Assembly (NCBI GenBank): GCA_902793005.1
Contig: CADBBQ010000008.1
Coordinates: 1-58,120 of the forward strand
DNA from: an uncultured Pseudomonadota bacterium
GTDB taxonomy: Bacteria; Pseudomonadota; Alphaproteobacteria; Rs-D84
Reading direction: 5' to 3'
DNA length: 58,120 nt
Below, piece by piece: positions 9,604 through 20,300 of the stretch. Position 1 is the stretch's first letter. Each line of letters starts with the position of its first letter. The notes beneath the pieces were generated by a model, which was given only the letters and a program-made list of their open reading frames with translations, did not search any database and had not been told where the DNA came from. Position numbers and translations under genes: made by a program.

Positions 9604-9726
9604 AGTACCTTTATTATTAGAACATTATTAAATTTTTCGCAAGTTTGTTTTTTTTGGGGCCACCCGGGGGTTGAATTTTTTTATAAATGAACTATATTTT
9701 GGGCATCAAATAAAGAGAATATTATT

Positions 9727-10851
9727 ATGAATAAAAATCCGTATGAAGTTTTGGGCGTGGCGCGCGATGCGTCGGATGCCGATATTAAAAAGGCTTATCA
9801 TAAATTGGTTATGAAGTATCACCCTGATAAAAATCCGGGGGATAAATCCGCCGAAGAAAAATTCAAGGAAGTAAATAATGCATTTGATATATTGAAAGAC
9901 CCGCAAAAACGCGCGGCATACGACCGATTTGGCGATGCGGCCTTTGCCGGGGGAAATGGTGCGTCGGCCGGGGCCGGTAATCCGTTTGGTGCCGGTTTTG
10001 GCGGATTTGCGGGTGGCGCGGGTATGGACGATATACTGCGCGAGGCTATGCGTGGGTTCGGGTTCGACGGATTTGGTGGATTTGGTGGCGCGGGGGCGGC
10101 GGATAATCGCCGGGGACGCGATTTGTTGGATAATGTGACGATATCGCTGCGGGATGCATATTTTGGTACAACGCATACGGTGAAATTTTCCAGTAATGTT
10201 CAATGCGATAAATGTAATGGTAATGGCACGGATGATGGAAAACCTGCGCCGGTATGTTCGCGATGCGGGGGCAGTGGTGTTGTTCATTCGCGTCAGGGAT
10301 TTTTTGCGGTCGAGACGCCTTGTCCGGAATGTAATGGTTTGGGGCGCAAGATTTCTAAAAAATGTTCAAAATGCGATGGAACGGGTGCGGTGCATAAACA
10401 ACGCACGTTGGATGTAAAAATACCGGCGGGTGTTGCGGATGGTGCGCGGTTGCGCCTGGCGGGTCAGGGTGAGGCCGGACAAAATGGCGGTGCGCCTGGG
10501 GATTTTTATATCGATGTGCGTGTTGCGCCAGATGATAAATTTGAACGTGTGGGTGATGATTTGATTTATCGCGCGGATGTCCCGTTTGTGACGCTTGCGC
10601 TGGGCGGGGAAATAGAGGTGCCGACAATTGATGATAAAACATTATCGGTCAAGGTTGCCGCCGGAACACAAATTGGTGCGCGCCTGCGTGTGCGTGGCAA
10701 GGGTATGCCAAATCCGCGCCGTGCATCATCGTTTGGGGATATGTATATTGAAATACATATGACGGTGCCGACCAAACTTTCCGAAAAACAAAAGAAAGCA
10801 TTGGAAGAATTTGCCGGTGCTTCTAAATCATCCAAGAAAAGTTGGTTTTAG
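9727..10851 (+). CDS. dnaJ: Chaperone DnaJ
   Basis: J-domain HPD, G/F region, four CxxCxGxG repeats. Confidence 0.97.
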   Translation: MNKNPYEVLGVARDASDADIKKAYHKLVMKYHPDKNPGDKSAEEKFKEVNNAFDILKDPQKRAAYDRFGDAAFAGGNGASAGAGNPFGAGFGGFAGGAGMDDILREAMRGFGFDGFGGFGGAGAADNRRGRDLLDNVTISLRDAYFGTTHTVKFSSNVQCDKCNGNGTDDGKPAPVCSRCGGSGVVHSRQGFFAVETPCPECNGLGRKISKKCSKCDGTGAVHKQRTLDVKIPAGVADGARLRLAGQGEAGQNGGAPGDFYIDVRVAPDDKFERVGDDLIYRADVPFVTLALGGEIEVPTIDDKTLSVKVAAGTQIGARLRVRGKGMPNPRRASSFGDMYIEIHMTVPTKLSEKQKKALEEFAGASKSSKKSWF

Positions 10852-10852
10852 T

Positions 10853-10890
10853 CAAAGTACAAAGTACAAAGTTCAAAGTACAAAGTTCAA
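10853..10890 (+). repeat. Heptamer array followed by a bidirectional terminator (~10905-10934)
   Basis: caaagtacaaagtacaaagttcaaagtacaaagttcaa. Confidence 0.8.
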
Positions 10891-10941
10891 TTAATGTAAA
10901 AATAAAAAACTTTGGCGGGCGCCAAAGTTTTTTTTGTTTCA

Positions 10942-11544
10942 TTATTTCTTTATCTTTTTTATTTTTTCCAAAAATGTAAATGTGTATTGTGTTGCCGACC
11001 ACAGGGATGCAACCAATGCAAACCATATGAATATAATCCCCATTTGTGACAAGATGTTCATTACAATCAACGTATTTGCAGAAATTGTGTCAGGTGTCAC
11101 AACCGAACTGATTGCGAACAACGATAAAAACGCGATGATTGTCACCATTTGCAATGTGGTTTTAATTTTACCCATTGAAAAACGATTTTTTGGAACCGGC
11201 ATTTCGATTTTCTGGGTGCCCAGGAATTCACGCAGGCCACTGATATACAATTCACGGGCAATCATTAAAATTACCGGAATTATGATAAACCAAAAACGCA
11301 TCATCAATGCCAACATAATAAATGTGTTCACGACCAATAATTTGTCGCCAATGTGGTCCAATACGCCACCCAGTTTTGTGCAGCAATTAAATTTGCGTGC
11401 CAAAAATCCGTCCAGCCAATCACTGACCGCGCCCAGTATAAATAAAACCAGGGACACCCAATACCATTGCATCATTAATGTTGGTATGATTAAAAATGCA
11501 ACGCAAATACGAAATGCTGATAACAGATTTACAAATGTTTTCAT
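10942..11544 (-). CDS. pgsA: CDP-diacylglycerol--glycerol-3-phosphate 3-phosphatidyltransferase
   Basis: DWLDGFLAR...GGVLDHIGDK CDP-alcohol phosphotransferase motif. Confidence 0.92.
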   Translation of the reverse strand: MKTFVNLLSAFRICVAFLIIPTLMMQWYWVSLVLFILGAVSDWLDGFLARKFNCCTKLGGVLDHIGDKLLVVNTFIMLALMMRFWFIIIPVILMIARELYISGLREFLGTQKIEMPVPKNRFSMGKIKTTLQMVTIIAFLSLFAISSVVTPDTISANTLIVMNILSQMGIIFIWFALVASLWSATQYTFTFLEKIKKIKK

Positions 11545-11570
11545 TTTACTTCTCCTTGTTATGAATTGTA

Positions 11571-12995
11571 TTATATCAGTTCCGAGTGAAAATGTGCATA
11601 GATTTTTTTTGCCACGGATTTTCCTAAATTTGGGACGCGTTCCAATTGTTCCAATGTTGCATCCATAATGTTTCGCACCGAACCGAAATGTTTTATCAAT
11701 GCGTGTTTGCGTGTCGGTCCAATGCCGTCAATTTCGTCCAGAACGGATACAGTCATTTGTTTTGCGCGTCGTTCGCGATGATATGTGATGACGAAACGAT
11801 GGGCCTCGTCCCGGACGGCACGCAACATTAAAAACAGTGGTGAATCCTTGGGTAATTTGTCGTAAATTGAACCGTCGGGCAGAATAAAATGTTCGTCGCC
11901 ATTGCGGACCTCGCCCTTGGTGACGCCAAAAATTGGGATGTTTGGTGCGGTTTTGTGCGCAATGTTCCATTGGGCGGGACCACCATCCACAATTATTAAA
12001 TCCAATTTTGGACCGTGCGCCACCGCGCGTTCGATGAATTCCGCCATCATACCAATATCGTTGCCGGCGTTTGATTTGTTTTGTAATTTAAAATGCCGGT
12101 AATCGGTTTTTGTGAATCCGTTATGACCAAAACATATCATCGCGCCAACTGAATTTTTTCCAAACAAGTGCGAATTATCAAATACACCCGCACGTTCAAT
12201 TTTAACACCAGTTAATTTTTCTAGGTCTGAAACATTTTTATCCCAATCCAGATTTCTTTCGTGTTGAATTTTATTTTGTTTGCCACGAATTGCCGTCTGG
12301 GTCAGGGCAATGATTTTATCACGCGTTGCGGCCGCGCGTTCAAAATCCAAATTTTCAGAATATTTTTTCATATCTGACGATAATTCGTTCACAATTGGTT
12401 CGGTATCGCCGGTCAGAATTCTGCGCGCCAACGCGACATTTTGTTGATATTCCGGTTGCGGCAGACAGCACGGTGCACTGCATCGGCCAATTTGATACAA
12501 CAGGCAAGGCCGCGCGCGGTTGTTCATAAATGTATCAGTGCACGTGCGTAGGCGACATACTTTTTGTATCATTTTTATTGTATCATTTAATGCGGTGACC
12601 GATGGATATGGGCCGAATACATCGCGGCGTTGGGAAATCTTTCCGCGAAATTTTAACAGACGTGGAAATTCGTGCGCCGTCAATGCCAACATAGGATACA
12701 TTTTATCGTCAGTCAGCATTATGTTGTATTTTGGTTTTAATGTTTTTATTAATTCTTGTTCACGAACAAGTGCGTCGGCCTCGGTCCGGGATATTTCCCA
12801 CGTGACGCGGGTGACGAATTTTCGCATAACCTGTTTATGTAATTCCAGTTTCGATATATCAATATATTGGTGTAAACGATTCGACAGATTTTTTGCCTTG
12901 CCAACATACAGCAATGTGCCGTCGGACGCGAACATTTGGTATGTTCCCGGTGCGTCTGGGGCGTTTGCAATTAAATCAGAAAATTGAATATTCAT
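11571..12995 (-). CDS. uvrC: Excinuclease ABC subunit C (compact)
   Basis: LYVGKAKNL, UVR domain, FDNSH, VDGG, RDEAHRF, HhH. Confidence 0.95.
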   Translation of the reverse strand: MNIQFSDLIANAPDAPGTYQMFASDGTLLYVGKAKNLSNRLHQYIDISKLELHKQVMRKFVTRVTWEISRTEADALVREQELIKTLKPKYNIMLTDDKMYPMLALTAHEFPRLLKFRGKISQRRDVFGPYPSVTALNDTIKMIQKVCRLRTCTDTFMNNRARPCLLYQIGRCSAPCCLPQPEYQQNVALARRILTGDTEPIVNELSSDMKKYSENLDFERAAATRDKIIALTQTAIRGKQNKIQHERNLDWDKNVSDLEKLTGVKIERAGVFDNSHLFGKNSVGAMICFGHNGFTKTDYRHFKLQNKSNAGNDIGMMAEFIERAVAHGPKLDLIIVDGGPAQWNIAHKTAPNIPIFGVTKGEVRNGDEHFILPDGSIYDKLPKDSPLFLMLRAVRDEAHRFVITYHRERRAKQMTVSVLDEIDGIGPTRKHALIKHFGSVRNIMDATLEQLERVPNLGKSVAKKIYAHFHSELI

Positions 12996-13044
12996 AATTT
13001 ATATGATAGAATATAATTTAAGAAATGCAAATAGAGGTGAAAAT

Positions 13045-13482
13045 ATGAGACAAGAATTAGGACGTTCTATGATTGAAATGTTGGGTGTGTTGGCGATTAT
13101 GGGTGTTATTACCGTCGGCGCAATCAGTATGATTTCGTACGCAATGCGTATGCAAAAACAAAGCACTGTTAATGACGAAGTGTATCAAATTGTTTTGGGT
13201 GTACGGCAATTGCTGGGCGAATATGATGATTTTACGCGGATTGATAATTCAACGATATTTACCGCATTGGCGATGTCGAATAAAAATCCGTATGGCGGAA
13301 CATATACCGTTTCGGTTAATCCGTCAAATACACGGCAATTTATTGTGACAATTGATGGATTGTCAGATTCCGAGTGCAAGGCATTAGTGACCAAGGCTTG
13401 GACGGATTCAATCGATGGTGCAAATGGCAATTGCGTCAGTATGGCCAAAGATAATTCTGTATCCATTGTGTATGGGGAATAA
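13045..13482 (+). CDS. Type IV pilin-like protein
   Basis: Prepilin-like GRSMIEMLGVLAIMGV with E5; NPYGG motif and C-terminal Cys pair. Confidence 0.8.
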   Translation: MRQELGRSMIEMLGVLAIMGVITVGAISMISYAMRMQKQSTVNDEVYQIVLGVRQLLGEYDDFTRIDNSTIFTALAMSNKNPYGGTYTVSVNPSNTRQFIVTIDGLSDSECKALVTKAWTDSIDGANGNCVSMAKDNSVSIVYGE

Positions 13483-13491
13483 TATTTTTAT

Positions 13492-14469
13492 ATGGCTGAA
13501 ATAATTACGGTTTCTTTGGTCGAAGATGGAACGAAATTAATGCGATGGTTTATGCGCAAGTTTCCGTCTATGCCGAATCGTGAATTTTTCAAACTGTGTC
13601 GTGGTGGACAAATTCGTGTGAATTCTGCGCGGGTGGATTCTAATCGGGTTTTGCGTGCGGGGGACGCGGTGCGCATTCCGCCAACAATCGCCGCATATGC
13701 AAAACGCGAAAATCATAAAAAAACCGAAACAGGTGCCGCGTTTTCTATGTCGGATTTAGAGGTTTTACGTAAATCAATCGTTTATAATGATGCCGATATT
13801 GTTGTGTTTAACAAGCCTGCGGGACTGGCGGTCCAGGGTGGCACAGGTATCAGAAAATCGGTTGATAAAATGGCGACGGCGATGTTTCCATATGATAAAA
13901 TATCGTTGGTTCATCGTTTGGATCGGGATACATCGGGATTATTAGTTGTCGCAAAAAATCAGATGGCGGCACAAAAATTGGCTGAGGCGTTTCAATCAAA
14001 ATCTGCATATAAAGAATATTTGGCGTTGTTAAATGGTGTGGTCAGCCCGGCCCAAGGCGTGATTGATAACTTTATCGCCCGTGGTCAGGTGTTCGACAGC
14101 GCCACGCGCATAGATGGTGGTGCGGGGCAAAGACCACAACGCGCAATCACCGAATATCGCGTCTTGGCCCAGGTTGGAGACCGGGTTTCGTGGGTTTTGT
14201 TTTCGCCAAAAACGGGACGCACACATCAATTAAGAATTCACAGTGCATATACATTGGGGGCACCAATTGTTGGTGATGATTTGTATGGTGAAAACAAAAG
14301 TATGGATGCCGGTATGGCAACGATTTTGGCGACAAACAAATTATTCTTGTTTGCATATAAAATAACCTTTCATCATCCGCGGACGAATAAATTAATAACA
14401 TTGCGTGCTGATGTCCCAGACTTTATGAAATCTGTGATGCAATTTTTGGAATTACAATTACCGGAATAA
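13492..14469 (+). CDS. RluA/RluC-family pseudouridine synthase
   Basis: S4 domain, NKPAGLAVQGG, HRLDRDTSG, GRTHQLR. Confidence 0.93.
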   Translation: MAEIITVSLVEDGTKLMRWFMRKFPSMPNREFFKLCRGGQIRVNSARVDSNRVLRAGDAVRIPPTIAAYAKRENHKKTETGAAFSMSDLEVLRKSIVYNDADIVVFNKPAGLAVQGGTGIRKSVDKMATAMFPYDKISLVHRLDRDTSGLLVVAKNQMAAQKLAEAFQSKSAYKEYLALLNGVVSPAQGVIDNFIARGQVFDSATRIDGGAGQRPQRAITEYRVLAQVGDRVSWVLFSPKTGRTHQLRIHSAYTLGAPIVGDDLYGENKSMDAGMATILATNKLFLFAYKITFHHPRTNKLITLRADVPDFMKSVMQFLELQLPE

Positions 14470-14472
14470 CAA

Positions 14473-16536
14473 ATGACAAGACGTAGAAGAATTATGCTGT
14501 GGTTGCGCGTGATAAGCCTGTTCTTTTTGGGATTGGTGGTGGCAATAATTATTGCGTTAACGCGTATTGATTTGGAAAGTTTGCGTGGTAATGTTGTCGC
14601 AATGTTGCAAAATGCCACCGGGTATAATGTGCAAATCGATGGGGCGGTGTCTTGGAAATTTTCGTTACGTCCGCGTATTGAATTAAATCAGATTCGTGTC
14701 GCAAATGCGGATTGGGCGCGTGAAAAATATGGCTTTTCGGCCGAACGGATGGATGTTGCGCTGGATTTAATATCTTTGTTTCGTTCGCGTCCCACAATCA
14801 GACGTATAAAATTGTATAATACGGTAATTAAAATTGAAGAAAATGCGGCGGGCGAAATGTCGTTGCAACCAATAAAAAATAATTCACAAATTGTGGATGA
14901 AAACGCGACAAAAAATAATACAAATATTGCAAAATATCCTTTGCCGGATGCGCCATTTGGACGAATTGAAATTGAAAATTTGTCTTTTGATAATGGAATT
15001 TATAAATTTGATGTATCTGGATTACAGTTGCGTTATTTTCATTTCAAAACAAAACACGAATATCACGGTTGGATAAGACCGCGTGATGATGTCTATCCGT
15101 TCATTATTGCAATGGATGAATATAATGCCGAACGCAAGGTTTATCCTGTGAAATTGGCGTTGTCAACGGGTGGAAATGCGTTGATTGCAAATGTGGCATT
15201 GGATGGGGCCAGTAAAATACCAATTGATTTTGTCGTCCGTGGCGATATTGTTGATGTGCGTGCAGTGCGTGATTTATTAAATATTGATTTGACGGGGTTG
15301 CCAAAAATTTCTGTGAATATCGCGGGGGGAATGCGCGATGCCGATACATTGGTGTTACGAAAATCTGTATTGCGTTTACGTGGCACGGATATAAATTTTT
15401 CAGGCGTCTATGATTGGGCGGGAAAAAAGCCGCGTATTAATGCGATGATATCTTCGAATAATGTGAATTTATTAAAGTTGGTGCCGGAAATGTATTCTGG
15501 GTGGGTGCGACCGGACCGCGAATTAAATGTGTTTCACGATATAAATTTGCACGGTGTTGATATACAAAAATTTGATTTAGATATAGATGTTAAGTTGAAA
15601 CATTTAATAGTCTATCGTGATATGGATTTAAAGGATACTAATGTAAAATTAACATACAAAAATGATGTGGGACGTATTGATGCGTCGGTTGGAATTGCGG
15701 GTGGTAAAATGCTGGTTGGGGGTGATTTTACAATAAAACCTGATGGTGATATTTTTGTCCAGGCGGGTGTTCACGCTTCGAATTTTACAATTGGGACATT
15801 GATGGATGAAATCAGAATTCACGATTTTATCGTTGGGTTGCCGGTTGATATATATGGATACTTTGAAACATCTGGCGCGAATATGTCGCAATGGATGAAT
15901 AATATTAATGGCCCGGTTCAGGCATATTCGGTTGGTGATGGATATGCGTATCCGCAATTGGTTGAAAATATTTATGGTGCGGATGTGTTAACGTCATTGC
16001 GGCACAGTATCCAAGATTTGTTTACCGCCGATAAAAAACACGACAAGGCGCGAATTTCGTGTGTGGCGGTGAATTTGAAATTACGTGATGGCGATATTCA
16101 AACACGTAATGGGGTTGCAATTGAAACAAATTCGATAAATGCGCGTTTGGCGGGGGATTTGAACCTGGGGGATGAAACGATTGATTTGGCGTTGACCACG
16201 GTGCCGGTGCGGGGATTAAAATTGTCTTTGACCGGAAATGTTGTTAATACGGTTGAAATTGTCGGAAATTTGGCAGAACCTGATATTCAAATAAATGGTG
16301 CGGCGTTAACCGGCAAGGTTGTGTCCGCCACAGGATTGGGATTGTTGTTGGCACCATTGACCGGCGGGGTCAGTTTTGTCGCAGGATTGTTGGCAGGGGG
16401 ACTGTTGGAAAATTGGTTGGCCGATACAACGCCGTGTGAAACCGCATTGAAACGCGGTGCGCCGGAACAAGATGGCGATGCGCCGTGGATGAATTATCCG
16501 GTGGCGGATTTAGCAAATAAAATAATACAAAAATAA
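14473..16536 (+). CDS. AsmA-family protein
   Basis: N-terminal TM anchor, beta-rich body, AsmA-like C-terminus. Confidence 0.75.
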   Translation: MTRRRRIMLWLRVISLFFLGLVVAIIIALTRIDLESLRGNVVAMLQNATGYNVQIDGAVSWKFSLRPRIELNQIRVANADWAREKYGFSAERMDVALDLISLFRSRPTIRRIKLYNTVIKIEENAAGEMSLQPIKNNSQIVDENATKNNTNIAKYPLPDAPFGRIEIENLSFDNGIYKFDVSGLQLRYFHFKTKHEYHGWIRPRDDVYPFIIAMDEYNAERKVYPVKLALSTGGNALIANVALDGASKIPIDFVVRGDIVDVRAVRDLLNIDLTGLPKISVNIAGGMRDADTLVLRKSVLRLRGTDINFSGVYDWAGKKPRINAMISSNNVNLLKLVPEMYSGWVRPDRELNVFHDINLHGVDIQKFDLDIDVKLKHLIVYRDMDLKDTNVKLTYKNDVGRIDASVGIAGGKMLVGGDFTIKPDGDIFVQAGVHASNFTIGTLMDEIRIHDFIVGLPVDIYGYFETSGANMSQWMNNINGPVQAYSVGDGYAYPQLVENIYGADVLTSLRHSIQDLFTADKKHDKARISCVAVNLKLRDGDIQTRNGVAIETNSINARLAGDLNLGDETIDLALTTVPVRGLKLSLTGNVVNTVEIVGNLAEPDIQINGAALTGKVVSATGLGLLLAPLTGGVSFVAGLLAGGLLENWLADTTPCETALKRGAPEQDGDAPWMNYPVADLANKIIQK

Positions 16537-16555
16537 ATATCAAGGAGTTATTAAA

Positions 16556-17320
16556 ATGTCGCATTTATCAGAATTTATTCAGTTGGTAATTATCGTTGCC
16601 TGTGTTTGGTATTTTTATAAAAAACTAATTCGCAATACGGCGTCTGAAAATTTGGTGCGTGGGGTTTTCGTGTTGGTTTTATTATGGTTGTCCAGTTTTG
16701 TTTGTATGGCGTTGCAGATTAATTTGCTGGGCGGATTTTTCCATTGGGTGGCATTGTTTTTATCAATCAGTCTGATTGTTGTGTTTCAACCAGAATTGCG
16801 TAAATTTTTGGCGTTGATGGGTTCGGTCAGCGGATGGCGAAAATTGTTTTTTGGGGATACAGAAAAATTGCATAAACACGATACTTCTTCGTTGGGGGCG
16901 ATTGTCAGTGCGGTTGAATATATGTCGTCAAAACACACCGGCGCATTGATTGTGTTTCCGTCGATGTTGGATGAATCGGTTATTGAACGCAAAGGGGTGC
17001 GTGTGGATGGTGAAATTACATCTGAATTATTGTTAACTATATTTTTTAATAAAACGCCGTTGCACGATGGTGCGGTTATAATTGAAAATAATCGTGTGGC
17101 GTATGCGGGGGCAATTTTGCCGTTGTCGCAAAATAACCTGAATTGGAAATATGGAACACGGCATCGGGCGGCGTTGGGGTTAAGTGAATGTTCCAGTGCA
17201 ACCGTGTTGGTTGTGTCCGAAGAAAGTGGCGATATTTCAATCGCAGAAAAGGGTAAAATTACTAAATATGATGATTTGAAAAAATTACGCACAAAATTAG
17301 AAAAGGTTATGAAAATATAA
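16556..17320 (+). CDS. cdaA: Membrane-bound diadenylate cyclase (CdaA/DacA)
   Basis: Three TM helices, FQPELR, PLHDGA and GTRHRAA catalytic motifs, VSEESG. Confidence 0.92.
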   Translation: MSHLSEFIQLVIIVACVWYFYKKLIRNTASENLVRGVFVLVLLWLSSFVCMALQINLLGGFFHWVALFLSISLIVVFQPELRKFLALMGSVSGWRKLFFGDTEKLHKHDTSSLGAIVSAVEYMSSKHTGALIVFPSMLDESVIERKGVRVDGEITSELLLTIFFNKTPLHDGAVIIENNRVAYAGAILPLSQNNLNWKYGTRHRAALGLSECSSATVLVVSEESGDISIAEKGKITKYDDLKKLRTKLEKVMKI

Positions 17321-17486
17321 TGAAAATATAAAGAATTTATACCAAAAATACCGCCAAAATTATGTTTGGCGGTGTTTTTTTGTGGGCCGGGTTTTACCCC
17401 TTGCACCGAATCGGTGTTTTTTGATAAAATGCCAGATAGAATGTAGGAAAAAATAAAAGACAAGAAAGTAAGTTAGGAGTTTTATT

Positions 17487-18605
17487 ATGGAATTTTCTGT
17501 TTTTCGCCAGGTTTTAATCCGTGCGTTGGGTCATATGCAGTCTATTGTTGAAAAACGTGCAACTTTGCCGATTTTGATGAATGTAAAGTTAGAGGTTGCT
17601 GACGATTTGATTTTATCTGCGACAAATGTAGATTTGGAATTGGTCGAACACGTTGCGGCGGATATCACATTGGCGGGTAAAACAACTGTGCCGGTTCAAA
17701 TGTTATATGATATCGTTCGTAAATTACCGGATGATGCAGAAATTTCTTTCAAGCAGACTGGCGACCAATTGGTCGTGTCCAGTGGGCGCGCCGTTTTTCA
17801 TTTGCCAACATTGCCGGCGGAAAATTTCCCGGCCATGGCGGGCAGTAATCTGACCACAAAATTCCAGATGACAACTGGTGATTTGGCGCATTTGATAAAC
17901 CAAACGAAATTTGCAATTCCAACCGATGATGTGCGTTATCATTTGGGCGGTATTTATTTCCATATTTCCGAGGAAGGTAAATCCAAGATGCTGACCGCAG
18001 TTGCAACCGATGCGCAACGTTTGGCATTGTGTGCGATGCCCGCCCCGGTGGATAGCAGCAATATGCCGTCTGTTATTTTGCCGCGTCGTGTGATTGGCGA
18101 ATTATCGAAATTATTAGAGGATGCCAATGTTGATGATGTGACGGTTGAATTGTCGGATACCAAGGCGCGCTTTACCGTTGGTGCCGCCATTTTGACCAGT
18201 AAATTGGTTGATGCACAATATCCAAACTATCGCGTTGTTATTCCAAAGGGCAATGATAAAATTGCCGTTATGGACAGAAAGCAATTTATCAATGCGGTTG
18301 ATTTGGTGTCGGTCGCATCGGTTGATAAAACGAAATCTGTGCAATTGACATTTTCAACAAACAAATTGGTTGTTAACGCGTCCAGTCCCGATGCCGGAAC
18401 CGCAACCCAAGAAATGGATATTGAATACAATGGCGACAGTTCGTTTACCGTTGTTTTCAATGTGAAGTTCTTGTTGGATGTTGCCGGCCAAGTCGAAGGC
18501 GAAAAATTCCAAATGGAAATGCAAGATGCTTTGTCTCCGACAACAATTAAATCCACAGATAAGAAGACGGATGCGTTGTTTGTCCTGATGCCTATGCGTA
18601 TGTAA
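17487..18605 (+). CDS. dnaN: DNA polymerase III beta clamp
   Basis: PILMNV, ATD, YPNY, C-terminal LMPMR; 372 aa. Confidence 0.96.
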   Translation: MEFSVFRQVLIRALGHMQSIVEKRATLPILMNVKLEVADDLILSATNVDLELVEHVAADITLAGKTTVPVQMLYDIVRKLPDDAEISFKQTGDQLVVSSGRAVFHLPTLPAENFPAMAGSNLTTKFQMTTGDLAHLINQTKFAIPTDDVRYHLGGIYFHISEEGKSKMLTAVATDAQRLALCAMPAPVDSSNMPSVILPRRVIGELSKLLEDANVDDVTVELSDTKARFTVGAAILTSKLVDAQYPNYRVVIPKGNDKIAVMDRKQFINAVDLVSVASVDKTKSVQLTFSTNKLVVNASSPDAGTATQEMDIEYNGDSSFTVVFNVKFLLDVAGQVEGEKFQMEMQDALSPTTIKSTDKKTDALFVLMPMRM

Positions 18606-18606
18606 T

Positions 18607-18834
18607 AAATTAATTTTTATGGATTCTTGTTGCGATTGCCGGTTTTTATGTAGCGCCTGTACACTGCAAACCGTCAATCGCTTCCAATAATCTCATAAAA
18701 ATTAATTTCTTGAAAAAACACTGCGCTCGCCCCCAACTCTTTCTAATTTATTTTTTAATTTTTACACTGCGAAACACCGACCGTTTCCAATAACCTAATA
18801 AAAATTAATTTCTTAAAAAAACACTACGCTTGCC
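18607..18834. repeat. Family C palindrome (18607-18708) plus a ~70-bp degenerate direct duplication of its right half
   Basis: tacactgc...ttccaataa...ataaaaattaatttctt...aaacact.cgct at ~18660-18731 and ~18763-18834. Confidence 0.7.
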
Positions 18835-18986
18835 GGAATCGCCGCAGGGCGATTTTTTCATTCAGTGTTCAAAGTCCAATAAATGAATTATAATTTATTT
18901 TGCGTTGTTTGAATTGGGGCAAATTTAATTTCTTGAAAAAATTGATATTAGTGTGTATTTTTGTTTGGAATAAAAAAGGATAAATT

Positions 18987-19529
18987 ATGTCGTTGGAAAA
19001 TTTAAATGCTGGTAAAAATCCGCCCCAGCAAATGAATGCTATTATAGAGGTTCCAGAAAACGGTTATGTAAAATACGAAATTAATAAAGAATATGGTCTG
19101 TTGCGTGTGGACAGGGTTTTGCATACGCCAATGGCATATCCGGCAAACTATGGTTATTTCCCGGGGACGTTGGGCGATGACGGTGATCCGTTGGATTGTG
19201 TTGTGGTGTGTAATGCGCCGCTGCGTCCGGGTGTGTTAATAGAGGTTCGTCCGATTGGTGCGTTGGTTATGGAAGACCAGGCCGGTGGTGACGAGAAAAT
19301 TATTTGTGTTCCGTTGGCGAATATTGACCCGTATTATTCTGATGTTAAAATATTGTCTGATTTGCCGGAAATATTGAAATCAAAAATCAAATATTTCTTT
19401 AAGCATTATAAAGATTTACAACCAAATGCCTGGTCAAATGTTAAAAATTGGGTCGATAAAGACGATGCGGAACGTATTATTATGGAATCTATCGATCGTT
19501 ATTGGGCGCATAAACGTAATGATGCGTAA
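18987..19529 (+). CDS. ppa: Inorganic pyrophosphatase
   Basis: YPANYG, DGDPLD, DEK, FFKHYK. Confidence 0.96.
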   Translation: MSLENLNAGKNPPQQMNAIIEVPENGYVKYEINKEYGLLRVDRVLHTPMAYPANYGYFPGTLGDDGDPLDCVVVCNAPLRPGVLIEVRPIGALVMEDQAGGDEKIICVPLANIDPYYSDVKILSDLPEILKSKIKYFFKHYKDLQPNAWSNVKNWVDKDDAERIIMESIDRYWAHKRNDA

Positions 19530-19598
19530 TAAAATTCTTGCGTTTAACAATGGTTTATTTATAATCTGGTGGTAAATTCAAAAATAAAAGGATTAAAA

Positions 19599-20168
19599 AT
19601 GGCGTTATTTGTTGCAAATGATATGCGTGTGGGTTGGGTTATTTCCCACAATGGAAAACGTTATTCGGTGACTTCGATTACCAAGGTTAAACCGGGCAAG
19701 GGCGGTGCATTTGTCCAGGCGGACTTGCGCGATATCGATTCGGGAAACAAGGGTGGTGACCGTTGGCGTGCCGAGGACAAGGTTGAAAAATTAATGGTCG
19801 AAGATTTGGAATGCCAATATTTGTATTCTGACGGAACGGATGCATATTTTATGAATTTGTCTGATTATGAACAATTCACGATGCCGGTCGATTCGTTGGG
19901 TGATCAAATGAAATTCTTGGCACCGGAAATGACGGTTCGTGCCAATTTTGTCGAAGGACACCCTGTATCTATTACTTTGCCGAAAACTGTTGTTGCAACC
20001 GTTGTTGAAACAGAACCTGCATTAAAGGGTCAAACAGCAACTGGGTCGGGCGGAAAACCGGCGGTGTTGGACAATGGTATTCGCGTCCAGGTGCCTGTAT
20101 TTATCGAACAAGATGAAAAAATTGTCGTAAATACGGAAACATTGGAATATGTCGAACGTGCAAAATAA
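19599..20168 (+). CDS. efp: Elongation factor P
   Basis: KPGKGGAF, QYLY, KGQTA, VPVFI. Confidence 0.96.
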   Translation: MALFVANDMRVGWVISHNGKRYSVTSITKVKPGKGGAFVQADLRDIDSGNKGGDRWRAEDKVEKLMVEDLECQYLYSDGTDAYFMNLSDYEQFTMPVDSLGDQMKFLAPEMTVRANFVEGHPVSITLPKTVVATVVETEPALKGQTATGSGGKPAVLDNGIRVQVPVFIEQDEKIVVNTETLEYVERAK

Positions 20169-20300
20169 TTAATGTTTTTATGTAAAAATATGGTTGGTGA
20201 AAATATTTTCACCAACTTTTTTTTATCTTTCATTTTTTTTATGGCGATTTTGTGGTATAATATACTTGCAAACAAACAACAAACGATAGGAATTTTAATT

